Below are positions 19,699-28,835 of a DNA stretch of 48,908 nucleotides, piece by piece. The notes under the pieces were generated by a model, which made no database searches, was not told the DNA's origin, and saw nothing but the letters and a program-made list of their open reading frames with translations. The translations under genes were made by a program, and so were the position numbers. This stretch comes from Roseomonas sp. (GTDB lineage Bacteria; Pseudomonadota; Alphaproteobacteria; Acetobacterales; Acetobacteraceae), in the NCBI GenBank assembly GCA_964263755.1, contig CAXVWQ010000507.1, positions 1-48,908 on the forward strand, read 5' to 3'. The stretch's first letter is position 1. Each line of letters starts with the position of its first letter.

Positions 19699-20688
19699 AT
19701 GAGCACGCCATCCGCCGCGGATCTGCTGAGGGCGGGATCGTTGGATTCGCTTTACCCGCAACTCGATCGCCTCGGCGTCGGGCCCGGCTGGAACAAGCCG
19801 ACCCCTTCGCTCTGGAAGGCGCCGCGGCCGGGCTTCGTACCGGCGCATTGGGACTACGAGCGAGCGAACGCGGCCCTCCGCTCTGCCGGCGACCTGATCA
19901 GCACCGAGCTCGCCGAGCGGCGCAACCTGATCCTGTTCAATCCCGCGCCCGGCAACACCTACGCGACGGTGCGGACGATTGTCGCCGCCTACCAGATGAT
20001 CATGCCGGGCGAGTGGGCGCGCGAGCACCGGCACACGCCGAATGCGTTGCGCCTGGTACTCGACGCAGAGCCCGGGACCTACACGGTAGTGGATGGCGAG
20101 CGGGTGGCGATGATGCCCGGCGACGTGCTGCTGACACCCAACTGGTCCTCGCACGGGCACGGCAACGACGGCCCGATGCCGGCTTTCTGGCTCGACTTCC
20201 TCGACGTGCCCTTGGTCCAGCTTCTGGAGCCCATGTTCTTTGATCCCGAACTCGACGACGAGACGCGGCACGCCGCCTTCGAGTCCGCGCCGGCGCGGCG
20301 GCGGCCGTCACGCCTCGTTTTCCCCATCGCCGAGACGCGGCAGCGCCTCCTCGACTCCACGGACGCCCCCGACGGGACCTATGGGCTGCAGGTCGAGCTC
20401 GGCTCACCGGCGCTCGACACGATCGGGCTGCACATGATGGCGCTGCGGCCTGGACTTCGCACGGCCAGCTGCCAGACCACGGCCAACAACATCTACGCCG
20501 TTGTGCAGGGTATGGGCACCACCACGGTGGACGGCGAGCGCTTCGCGTGGCGGCGTGGCGATGTGGTGGCGGCACCGGCTTGGCGGCCGCATTTCCACGA
20601 GGCGCAGGAGGACGCGATCCTGTTCCGCGTGACGGACGAGCCTGTCCTGCGCGGCCTCGGCTTCCTGAGAACCGCCGCCGCGGGCTGA
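19699..20688 (+). CDS. Gentisate 1,2-dioxygenase-like bicupin ring-cleaving dioxygenase
   Basis: AERRNLILFNP, AAYQMIMPGE, HRHTPNALR, GDVLLTPNWSSHGHGN, WLDFLDVP; AAAGGAG RBS. Confidence 0.85.
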   Translation: MSTPSAADLLRAGSLDSLYPQLDRLGVGPGWNKPTPSLWKAPRPGFVPAHWDYERANAALRSAGDLISTELAERRNLILFNPAPGNTYATVRTIVAAYQMIMPGEWAREHRHTPNALRLVLDAEPGTYTVVDGERVAMMPGDVLLTPNWSSHGHGNDGPMPAFWLDFLDVPLVQLLEPMFFDPELDDETRHAAFESAPARRRPSRLVFPIAETRQRLLDSTDAPDGTYGLQVELGSPALDTIGLHMMALRPGLRTASCQTTANNIYAVVQGMGTTTVDGERFAWRRGDVVAAPAWRPHFHEAQEDAILFRVTDEPVLRGLGFLRTAAAG

Positions 20689-20817
20689 ACGACCGACGCG
20701 TGGAGAGCATGTGTAGAGCATAGTGGATATGCGCGCGATGGCAGGACGGCGCGAAGCGCCTCGATCTGATCCGGCGCCGCCGCCGTGCGGACGCACAGGA
20801 TGATTCCGGAGGAGCCG

Positions 20818-21792
20818 ATGCTTTCACGCCGAGTGCTGGGGCACGGTGCGCTGGCCGCGCTCACGCTCGCTCCTGCCCGCGCTGGTGCGCAGCAGTTTCC
20901 GGACCGTCCGTTACGACTTGTCGTGACGAACTCCGCGGGTGCCACCAACGACATCGTCGCCCGGCTCGTCGCGGCGCGCATGGGGGAGGCGCTCGGCCAG
21001 CCCGTCGTCGTGGAGAACCGCGCTGGCGGTGCCGGCATCATCGCCGTGCAGTTCGTGAAAGACGCACTGCCGGACGGCTACACATTGCTGCTCGCCAACA
21101 CCTCGGTAATGGCCATCAACGTCAGCCTGTTCCGGCAGCTTCCCTATGATCCGCTACGCGACTTCGCTCCAGTGACGGTGCTCGCGACGTCGCCCAGCGT
21201 GCTGATCGTGAACCGTAACCTGCCCGTGACCGACATGATGGGGCTCGTGCGCTTCCTGAAGGCGCGCTCCACGCCCTTCGCCTTCGGGTCGGCCGGCAAC
21301 GGAACGCCGATGCACCTCTCGGGCGAGCTGTTCCGCGAGCAGGCCGGCGTCGACATCACTCATGTGCCCTACCGTGGCTCGGCGCCGGCGCTGACCGATC
21401 TCTTGGCCGGGCGAGTGCAACTCATGTTCGACAACGTTCCCGCCGTGCTCGCGCATATCCGCTCTGGTGAGGTGCGTGCGCTCGCCACCACAGGTTCCGA
21501 GCGCTTGCCGCTCCTGCCCGACGTGCCCACCATGGCGGAAGCCGGCTTCCGTGGTGCCGAATCCACCTCATGGTTCGGCCTTTCGGCCTCGCGCGGTACG
21601 CCCGATCCCGTGATAGCGCGGCTGAACGCGGCAGCGATCGAGGCGATGGGCGATCCGATGCTGCGCTCGCGTCTCGCGGCCTTGGCCGTCACGCCCTGGG
21701 GCAGCACGCCGGCGGAGATGCAAGCGCATGTCCGCCGGGAGATTGAGAAGTGGCGGCCGATCGTCGCCGCGTCCGGCGCGTCGGTCGACTGA
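20818..21792 (+). CDS. Bug/TctC substrate-binding protein
   Basis: FPDRPLRLVV, VVENRAGGAG, PDGYTLL, HVPYRGSAPA; SRRVLG leader. Confidence 0.92.
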   Translation: MLSRRVLGHGALAALTLAPARAGAQQFPDRPLRLVVTNSAGATNDIVARLVAARMGEALGQPVVVENRAGGAGIIAVQFVKDALPDGYTLLLANTSVMAINVSLFRQLPYDPLRDFAPVTVLATSPSVLIVNRNLPVTDMMGLVRFLKARSTPFAFGSAGNGTPMHLSGELFREQAGVDITHVPYRGSAPALTDLLAGRVQLMFDNVPAVLAHIRSGEVRALATTGSERLPLLPDVPTMAEAGFRGAESTSWFGLSASRGTPDPVIARLNAAAIEAMGDPMLRSRLAALAVTPWGSTPAEMQAHVRREIEKWRPIVAASGASVD

Positions 21793-21911
21793 GCGGGGCC
21801 GGATGTCTTTTCGATTAAGAGCCGGGACCAGCGCGTGGCCGACCTCGGCGCGCCTGCATTCCCCGGAGGAAGCGGGAAGTCATCATCGTGCCAAGACGGC
21901 GGGACGGGAAC

Positions 21912-22784
21912 ATGTCGGATTTGAAGGAGGCGCGCGGGCTGCTGCGACGCACGAGGGCCGGAGCGACAGCTTCGCCGCACGGTGGCAGGCAGGATGGGCA
22001 CTCTGGCGACGCGGCCGATCGTCAGTTCATCGCCGCGCTCGGCCGGGGACTGGCGGTCTTGCGATGCTTCTCCGACACGCGGACGGACCTTGGCGTGGCC
22101 GAGATCGTGCGGCTCACGGGCATGCCCCAGCCTACGGTCTGGCGTCTCTGCGGCACGCTGGTCGAGGCCGGCTATCTCCTCCGGATGCGCGGCGGCGGTC
22201 GGCTGCGCCCGGCGGCTCCTGTGGCCGGGCTGGCCGCGGCCGCGCTGGGCAACCAGCCGATCTTGGACCTGCTCAGACCTCACCTCCGTGCCCTGGAGGC
22301 CCGCTTCGAAGGAGCCGTGTCCCTTGCCGGGCGCGACGGGATGGCGATGATCTTTCTCGCCCGCCATCAGGGCCGTGCTTTCGTCACCGACGAGCGGGTC
22401 GGCACGCGGGTGCCCCTCGGCCGCTCTTCCCTCGGCTGGGCTTGGCTCGCCGCGCAGCCGGGGGATCAGTGGGCTGCGCTGGCGGCGGCGCTCGCGGCGG
22501 CGGATCCGGACTGGCCCACCCTCGAGACGGCCTTCACGGCCGCGTGCGGGCACTACGCGCGCACCGGCTACATCGTTACCTGCGGAACGCTGGATTCGCG
22601 AATCAACGCTGCGGCGGTGCCGCTGCGCCTACCCGGCCGAGACGAGATCCTGGCCCTGAGCTGCGGCGGCCTTTCCACCGTGTTCACCGAGGATCGCTTC
22701 GAGGCGGTCGGCACGGCGCTGGTGGTCCTGGTTCGCGACCTCGGCCTCGCCCTCCCCGGACCGCACCCGCCTTCTTCCTGCTGA
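21912..22784 (+). CDS. IclR-family transcriptional regulator (PcaR/PobR-like)
   Basis: DRQFIAALGRGLAVLRCF, EIVRLTGMPQPTVWRLCGTL, VGTRVPL, INAAAVP. Confidence 0.9.
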   Translation: MSDLKEARGLLRRTRAGATASPHGGRQDGHSGDAADRQFIAALGRGLAVLRCFSDTRTDLGVAEIVRLTGMPQPTVWRLCGTLVEAGYLLRMRGGGRLRPAAPVAGLAAAALGNQPILDLLRPHLRALEARFEGAVSLAGRDGMAMIFLARHQGRAFVTDERVGTRVPLGRSSLGWAWLAAQPGDQWAALAAALAAADPDWPTLETAFTAACGHYARTGYIVTCGTLDSRINAAAVPLRLPGRDEILALSCGGLSTVFTEDRFEAVGTALVVLVRDLGLALPGPHPPSSC

Positions 22785-22797
22785 TCCCGCTTCGGGA

Positions 22798-24462
22798 ATG
22801 CCGCCCGTGACCATGCAGATCCCCGTCCTCATCGTCGGAGCCGGGCCGGTCGGGCAAGCTCTCGCGGGCGAGCTCGCCTGGCGCGGCATCCGCAGCCTGC
22901 TGGTGGAGCGGACGGACGGTGCCATCACGCAGCCCAAGATGGACCTTATCGGGCCGCGAACGATGGAGTTCTGCCGTCGCTGGGGCATTGCCGCCGAGGT
23001 GGAGCAGTGCGCCTACAACCCCGACCTGCCACAGGACAATGTCTGGCTAGAGAACTTCGCCGGCTACGAGTTCGGCCGCGAGCCGTTTCCCAGCCCGCGC
23101 GAGTCCGTGCCGCCGTCGCAGAGCCCGCAGAAGCGAGAGCGATGTCCGCAGGACATGTTCGATCCCATTCTGCGGCGGTGGGTCGCGACCCTGCCAGAGG
23201 CCGCGGTGCGCTATCGCACCGAGATGACAGGCTTCTCCGTGCGTGAGGAGGGCGTGGTCGCCATGCTGCGGAACCACGCCACGGGCGCCGAAGAAAGGGT
23301 GGAGGCCGCCTACCTGGCCGGCACCGACGGCGGTGCGAGCGCGGTGCGCCACGCCCTCCGCATCGGCATGACGGGCCGGCCGGTGCTGACCTACACCACG
23401 AACGCGATCATCCGCTGCCCCGGCTTCTGGAACCTGCACGACAAGGCCAAGGGCTATCGATTCATCTTCATCGGCCTGGAAGGCACTTGGGCGACCCTCG
23501 TCGCGATCGATGGCTACGACCGCTTCCGCTTCTCGGTCGTCGGCGACGACACGCGGCGGACGCTTGGCGAGGCGGAGGTGCGGCAACTCCTCCTGCGCGC
23601 CATGGGCAGGCCCTTCGATTTCGAGGTCCTTTCCATCGTGCCCTGGGTCCGCAGGGAGCTCGTCGCCGACAGCTACGGCGGTGGCCGCGTCTTCCTGGCC
23701 GGCGACGCCGCGCACCTGAACTCGCCGACCGGCGCCTTCGGCATGAATACGGGCATGCAGGATGCGGTGGACCTCGGTTGGAAGTTGGCGGCAGTGCTGG
23801 AAGGATGGGGCGGGCCGGCGCTGCTCGGATCCTATGAGGCGGAGCGCCGGCCCGTGGCGATCCGCAACGTGGCGGAGGCGAGCGAGAACCTGCGGCGGAT
23901 GATTGAGCCCCGCCGCCACCTGTCCCCTCTGGTCTTCGCGGCTGGGCCGGAGGGCGACGCTGCGCGCGCCGCCTTCGGAAGTGCCTACACAGCCGCGATG
24001 AAGCGCGAGTGGTTCACGCTGCACATCCACCTCGGCTACCGCTACGACGCCTCGCCGGTAATCTGGCCGGACGGCACCCCGGCGGTGGAGGATCCGCCCA
24101 TGGCCTACACTCAGATCGCACGACCTGGCTCGCGCGCGCCGCACGTCTGGCTCACCCCTGGTCGTTCGACCCTGGACCTGTTCGGGCGCGGGTTCGTGCT
24201 GCTGCGCTTTGATCCGACGGTGAAAGTGGATGGGTTGACCGAGGCTGCCCGACGGCGCGCCCTGCCCTTGCAGATCATTGATCTCGACGATCCAGAAGCG
24301 GCGGGTCTCTACGCCCGGCGGTTGGTTCTGGTCCGGCCGGACGGGTTTGTGGCTTGGCGGGCCGACGAGGCGCCGTCCGATCCGGTGGCCTTGGTGGACC
24401 ACGTCCGCGGAGCGGGACCCATGCCGGGCATTCCAGCGGCAGCTTCGAGCCCCGCCAAGTAG
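22798..24462 (+). CDS. FAD-dependent aromatic hydroxylase (PheA/TfdB-type with C-terminal thioredoxin-like domain)
   Basis: VGAGPVG, GTDGGAS, LAGDAAHLNSPTGAFGMNTGMQDAVDLGWKLA, RPGSRAPHVWL, LVRPDGFVAWR. Confidence 0.9.
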   Translation: MPPVTMQIPVLIVGAGPVGQALAGELAWRGIRSLLVERTDGAITQPKMDLIGPRTMEFCRRWGIAAEVEQCAYNPDLPQDNVWLENFAGYEFGREPFPSPRESVPPSQSPQKRERCPQDMFDPILRRWVATLPEAAVRYRTEMTGFSVREEGVVAMLRNHATGAEERVEAAYLAGTDGGASAVRHALRIGMTGRPVLTYTTNAIIRCPGFWNLHDKAKGYRFIFIGLEGTWATLVAIDGYDRFRFSVVGDDTRRTLGEAEVRQLLLRAMGRPFDFEVLSIVPWVRRELVADSYGGGRVFLAGDAAHLNSPTGAFGMNTGMQDAVDLGWKLAAVLEGWGGPALLGSYEAERRPVAIRNVAEASENLRRMIEPRRHLSPLVFAAGPEGDAARAAFGSAYTAAMKREWFTLHIHLGYRYDASPVIWPDGTPAVEDPPMAYTQIARPGSRAPHVWLTPGRSTLDLFGRGFVLLRFDPTVKVDGLTEAARRRALPLQIIDLDDPEAAGLYARRLVLVRPDGFVAWRADEAPSDPVALVDHVRGAGPMPGIPAAASSPAK

Positions 24463-25205
24463 TCCAGGCTAGCCCGGCGCAACGCCAGCAGCGCCATGCC
24501 TATATCACCCCGGATCGCGGCCGCCATGGACGCGGCATGGCCGCCGCAGGTCAGCGTGTAGATCGGGGCAGTGTCATGGAGGCGAATCGGCACCGAGACC
24601 GCGACGAGCGCCGGGTGTGGGAGCCCTTTCGTGACCATGTAACCTCGTGCTTCGAGTTCCGCTTTGACAACGCCGAAACCGGCAGGAAGCCGGGGCCGTG
24701 CCGATCGGGGCGCGAGCGCTTTGCTGCGTTCTCCTTGGCTCATGCTCGCGAGGCAGCCCCAGCCAGTTGGCGATTCGACCAAAGGAACTCGACGGCCGAG
24801 CTGAAACTCAGCGAAGGTGATTCGGCCGCTGATCATCTGAAGGTAGGTGACTTCGGTGCCCATCGCTTGACCCAGTATCGCGGTGCAGCCGAATCGGTCC
24901 GCGAGATCCTGGAGGTGTGGCAAAACCGTCTCGCTGAACGGACGGTTCGAAATAGCGGCAAAACCGAGCCCCAGCGCCGGAAGTCCGATCGAGAGGCTCT
25001 CGTCCGAGTGGCGCACGAGGTAACCGAGCTTTCGAAGGGTGTAGCAGTAACGCCAGACAGTCGGGGCGGAGAGGCCGGTGGCCGCCGCGATCTGGGTGAG
25101 ACTCAGCCGCGCGGTGTCCTGGCCGAAGCAGCCCAAAATACTCAGGCCACGGCGAAGTGAATTCACGGATGCGCCCTGAGCGCCTCCGGCATTCGTCCGA
25201 GCCAT
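24309..25205 (-). CDS. IclR-family transcriptional regulator
   Basis: SVNSLRRGLSILGCF, IAAATGLSAPTVWRYCYTL, LGRRVPL, AVSVPI; 3' end overlaps the convergent monooxygenase by 154 bp; start uncertain. Confidence 0.82.
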   Translation of the reverse strand: MARTNAGGAQGASVNSLRRGLSILGCFGQDTARLSLTQIAAATGLSAPTVWRYCYTLRKLGYLVRHSDESLSIGLPALGLGFAAISNRPFSETVLPHLQDLADRFGCTAILGQAMGTEVTYLQMISGRITFAEFQLGRRVPLVESPTGWGCLASMSQGERSKALAPRSARPRLPAGFGVVKAELEARGYMVTKGLPHPALVAVSVPIRLHDTAPIYTLTCGGHAASMAAAIRGDIGMALLALRRASLDYLAGLEAAAGMPGMGPAPRTWSTKATGSDGASSARQATNPSGRTRTNRRA

Positions 25206-25663
25206 CACCGGAAGACTGCTGCCCGTGAGAGTTCCCATGCCGGCCGAGGTGGAGCGGATGGTTCGGTCATCAACGCCACCAGTACCAGCATCACTGTTTA
25301 GCGCCACTGCCCTGTTGCGCAGGGTGATCGCATAGGGATTTCCGAGCGGCCGTTGCGGCGCGACGACCATTTGAAACGGCTGTCCCAAGCGGTTTGCGCC
25401 GCCTGATGCTCATCGCCGCTCTCAAACCGCTTGAGAGCAGGCCATGTGCGATTGCCCTGCCCTGTTGTACACGGGCGAACCTTGCGGGAGTCCGCTTACT
25501 TCACCCCGCCGTAGTGGTTCGGACCGCCGGCGTTTTGACGCCCGACAGGCGGTAGCGCGACGACGGTAATTTCGATGGCGCACGATCGTCCACCGATGCG
25601 ATAAGAAGCGGTGATGCAGCCGCGGTGGTGTGGCAGTCCCAGACCGGCAAGGATGAGACGAAC

Positions 25664-26668
25664 ATGCGGCGTATCGTGACGATCGCACGCCGGCGTGTGG
25701 GTTTCGCAGCCTTCGCCGCGATGGCGAGCGGTCTCCTACCTGCCGACACCGCCAAGGCGCAAGGCGCGGAGTCCTGGCCCACCGGGCCGGTCCGCATCGT
25801 CGTTCCGTATGTCGCGGGCGGCGCCACCGACTCCTCCATCCGCCTCATCGCCGACGGCATTGCCGTCCGCCTTGGGCAGCCTGTCATCGTCGATAACCGC
25901 TCCGGCGGCGCCGGCACCATCGGCGCCGGGATCGTGGCAGCGGCACGGCCGGACGGCTCCACCTTCCTCCTCAATACCTCCGTCCACCTCATCAACACGG
26001 CGTTGATGACGCGGCTATCCTTCGACTATCGCACTGCCTTCGTCCCAGTCACCCAGGTCACTCGGCTGCTCATGGTGGTCGCGATCCGGTCGAGCCTTCC
26101 CACCCGAACGTTCGGCGAGTTCACGGCGATGGCGCGTGCCCGTCCCGGCTCCATCTCTTGCGGCACCGCGGGCAACACCTCTTCCGGTCGCCTCACAGCG
26201 GAACTGCTCGCGAGCCGGGGCGGCGGCACCGTGATGAACGTTCCATTCCGCGGCGGCGCGGACGTGGTCCGGGACCTCGCCTCGGGCGCGCTGGACTGCG
26301 CGATCACCACCGTTTCCTCCGTGACGCCAGTGGTGGAGAGCGGCCGGGCGCGCATCCTGGCCCTCAGCAACGCAGAGCGCAGCGCGCTTCTTCCGGGCGT
26401 GCCAACGATCGCGGAGAGCGGGTTTCCCGGCTTCGACATGGGAGAATGGGTCGGTCTCTGGGCCCCAACCGGGACGCCACCAGCGATCCGGGAACGGATG
26501 AGCGAGGCCATAGCGGCCGCGCTCCGCGCCCCGGGGGTGGCGGAGAAGTTGGCGGCCATCGGGGCCGAGCCGGTCGGCAGCACGACCGCCGAGTTCGGCA
26601 CCTACCTTGATCGCGTCGGGCCGGAGGTCGCCCGGTTGGTCCGCGACGCCGGCATCACGACGGAGTAG
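25664..26668 (+). CDS. Bug/TctC substrate-binding protein
   Basis: WPTGPVRIVVPYVAGGATD, IVDNRSGGAGTIG, NVPFRGGAD, PGVPTIAESG. Confidence 0.92.
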   Translation: MRRIVTIARRRVGFAAFAAMASGLLPADTAKAQGAESWPTGPVRIVVPYVAGGATDSSIRLIADGIAVRLGQPVIVDNRSGGAGTIGAGIVAAARPDGSTFLLNTSVHLINTALMTRLSFDYRTAFVPVTQVTRLLMVVAIRSSLPTRTFGEFTAMARARPGSISCGTAGNTSSGRLTAELLASRGGGTVMNVPFRGGADVVRDLASGALDCAITTVSSVTPVVESGRARILALSNAERSALLPGVPTIAESGFPGFDMGEWVGLWAPTGTPPAIRERMSEAIAAALRAPGVAEKLAAIGAEPVGSTTAEFGTYLDRVGPEVARLVRDAGITTE

Positions 26669-26724
26669 GCGGCGACGGAAGCGGGCAGACGACACGGCCA
26701 TCGTGTCCCGCCCGACTCCTGTGG

Positions 26725-27702
26725 TCAGGATACGGGCACGAAGAGTTCGTCGGGCGTGAGCTTACGGCGCGTGATCGCCTGCTGGTGAAGGTAGGTCAGC
26801 AGCCGTTCGAGTGTGACGCGGTTCGCTTCGAGCCCGTAGGGATAGGGGTCGCCACCGAAGTAGTCATCGATCTCGTCCACGGCTTCAGGCAACCAGGGCA
26901 CCATGTTCTGATGCGCTCCGAGGTACTTCAGCCTTGTCAGTGCTAGGTCCTTCGCCTTGCAGCAGGCCTCGTACAGGCTTCTCGCCAGGAACGGGTGCCG
27001 CTCATGTACGTCCTTGCGGATCACCAGCAGGTGCATGATCGGGAAGATCCCGGTGGTGCGGAGATACGCCTGCTCCACGCGCTTGAAATCGGGGAAGAGG
27101 CGACGGACGTGATCGCTCGTCCGGATCGAGGCGGGCAGGTCAGTGCCGATGATGGCGTCGAGTTCGTTGTCCGCGATGAGGTCGCTCAGCGTCCGGCCAC
27201 TGACGTTCTGCTCGATCTGCACCGGCCGCCCGAGCGGCTGGATGACCGGGTCGCCGTGCTTGCCGCTCCCGTTGATGGCGCCTTGCATCCAGCGGACGTC
27301 GTCGAAATTCACGCCGTGGTGTTCCGCGAGGATGCCCCGGATCCAGACCGCCGCCGTCATGCCGTAGAGCGGTACGCCGATCCGCTTGCCGGCCAAGTCC
27401 CGCGGCGCCTCGATGCCGGATCGCGTGTTGACGGCGATCATCCCATGCCGGAAGGCGCGGGACGGGAAGACGGGGACCGCGACGAAGGGAGTTTCGCCTG
27501 CGGAGAATCCGGCCGCGACCTCGGAGAACGACATCTCCGCCACGTCGAACGCCTGTCGGCTTGCCATGCGGTCGAAGATGGGGCGCGGTGAGAAAAACGC
27601 CTCAAAACGAAGGTCCACGCCGTCCGGCTTCACCTCGCCGGTATAGAGAGGGAGCACTCGATCGTAGAGACTCGATGCGAATGTGACCGTGACGTCGGAC
27701 AT
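26725..27702 (-). CDS. 4,5-dihydroxyphthalate decarboxylase-like protein (periplasmic-binding-protein fold)
   Basis: YDRVLPLYTGEVKPDG, FDVAEMS, PVFPSRAFRH, TAAVWIRGIL, GIFPIMH, DPYPYGLEANR, LTPDELF; no signal peptide. Confidence 0.8.
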   Translation of the reverse strand: MSDVTVTFASSLYDRVLPLYTGEVKPDGVDLRFEAFFSPRPIFDRMASRQAFDVAEMSFSEVAAGFSAGETPFVAVPVFPSRAFRHGMIAVNTRSGIEAPRDLAGKRIGVPLYGMTAAVWIRGILAEHHGVNFDDVRWMQGAINGSGKHGDPVIQPLGRPVQIEQNVSGRTLSDLIADNELDAIIGTDLPASIRTSDHVRRLFPDFKRVEQAYLRTTGIFPIMHLLVIRKDVHERHPFLARSLYEACCKAKDLALTRLKYLGAHQNMVPWLPEAVDEIDDYFGGDPYPYGLEANRVTLERLLTYLHQQAITRRKLTPDELFVPVS

Positions 27703-27839
27703 CGGGAGGGTTCCTAAGGGATGCTCGGTCCCAGGATACAGTCAGGCGGATATGATCGCGACGTTGGCCAGATTCTGAAGGGGTTGCAGCGGCGGAGTGA
27801 CGAAGCGGGCGTGATCGCCAGGCTGGTGGCATTCCTGCC

Positions 27840-28150
27840 AAGAGACACCGCCATGCGGCATCGCGTCGAGCGCATCGGCCATCTCCGTCAGGTTTCCCAT
27901 GGGCATCGACACCTGTATCGCGCGCCCGAACCAGAGCGGCGAGCCGATCTCGCGTGCGAAAGCCTCCGTGCGCTCGCCCAGCCCGTCTCATAGGCGATTC
28001 AACAAGGCGGACCGGGCGGCGGGGCCCGTGGCCTCCCAGCCCGGCAGGGCAGCGCGAACGGCCCGATCCACATCCCTCGCATCGACGGCCATGACCTCGG
28101 CGAAGGCTTCTTCCGTCGTCGGGTCATGGAGGGTCAGCGGGCGGCGGCCG
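27840..28150 (-). pseudogene. Aldehyde dehydrogenase N-terminal remnant
   Basis: LTLHDPTTEEAFAEVMAVDARDVDRAVRAALPGWEATGPAARSALLNRL*, then in another frame EAFAREIGSPLWFGRAIQVSMPMGNL; ALDH N-terminal pattern. Confidence 0.65.
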
Positions 28151-28683
28151 GGGAGCGGGATGTCGTCCTCGACGTTCAGGAGGTCGTGCGACACCTCGAT
28201 CGCGACGGGCTTCGGTGGCCCCTACGCCATCGCCTCGACGGCGCCCCAGACGAGGCCCGGGAGCGCCCCTCAGTTGGCCGCCCGGCCCTGCCAATTGGTG
28301 ACCTTCGACAGGATGTCCGTCTGGTCGCGAACCTCGTGGAGCAGGCCCAGCCCTTTGCCGACCAAGGACGAGAGGATGTCGTCGGCGATGCAGAGGACCC
28401 GCGAGCTGCACGCATACGCCGTCGAGAGCCCCGCCATCGCGTTCAGCACCCCGGGGCCGGGCACGACCATGCAGGTGCCGACACGTCCCGTCGATCGGGC
28501 ATAGCCGTCGGCCATGTAGGACGTCGCCTGCTCGTGCCGGGAGACCAGGGTGCGGATCTCGCCGGCGCACTGGCGCAGCCCGTCGACCGCTCAATTCAGT
28601 TGGATACCGGGAATGAGGAAGATGTCCGTGACGCCCTCCCGCGCGAGCTGGCAGGCGAAGGCCGCTCCTCCGGTCTGTCTCAT
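28151..28683 (-). pseudogene. Thiamine-diphosphate-binding (acetolactate synthase-like) enzyme remnant
   Basis: MRQTGGAAFACQLAREGVTDIFLIPGIQLN*...RHEQATSYMADGYARSTGRVGTCMVVPGPGVLNAMAGLSTAYACSS...LHEVRDQ; in-frame stops at about 28591 and 28270. Confidence 0.85.
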
Positions 28684-28741
28684 CAGCGGGTCCCTCCCAA
28701 CTGAGCGAGCTTGGCAAGCTGAAGAAGGAGAGTAGGCGCTG

Positions 28742-28756
28742 TCAAACCAAATTTGA
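28742..28756. promoter_or_regulatory. Putative IclR operator
   Basis: AT-rich palindrome TCAAA-CCAAA-TTTGA between the divergent ThDP pseudogene and IclR gene. Confidence 0.5.
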
Positions 28757-28835
28757 TACTGTGCAACAGCCCGCCTGGCCGTTTGGGGCGACGAGCTGCC
28801 AGCGCCAGAACGAGATTCCACGGGGGACGAGCAGG

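Noticed and set aside
18378-20243. Long alternative ORFs (e.g. 621 aa here; also 5359-7206, 29156-31057, 38677-40422, 44125-45885)
   Set aside because: Arg/Pro/Ala-rich shadow frames overlapping well-supported genes, expected in high-GC DNA; no motifs.
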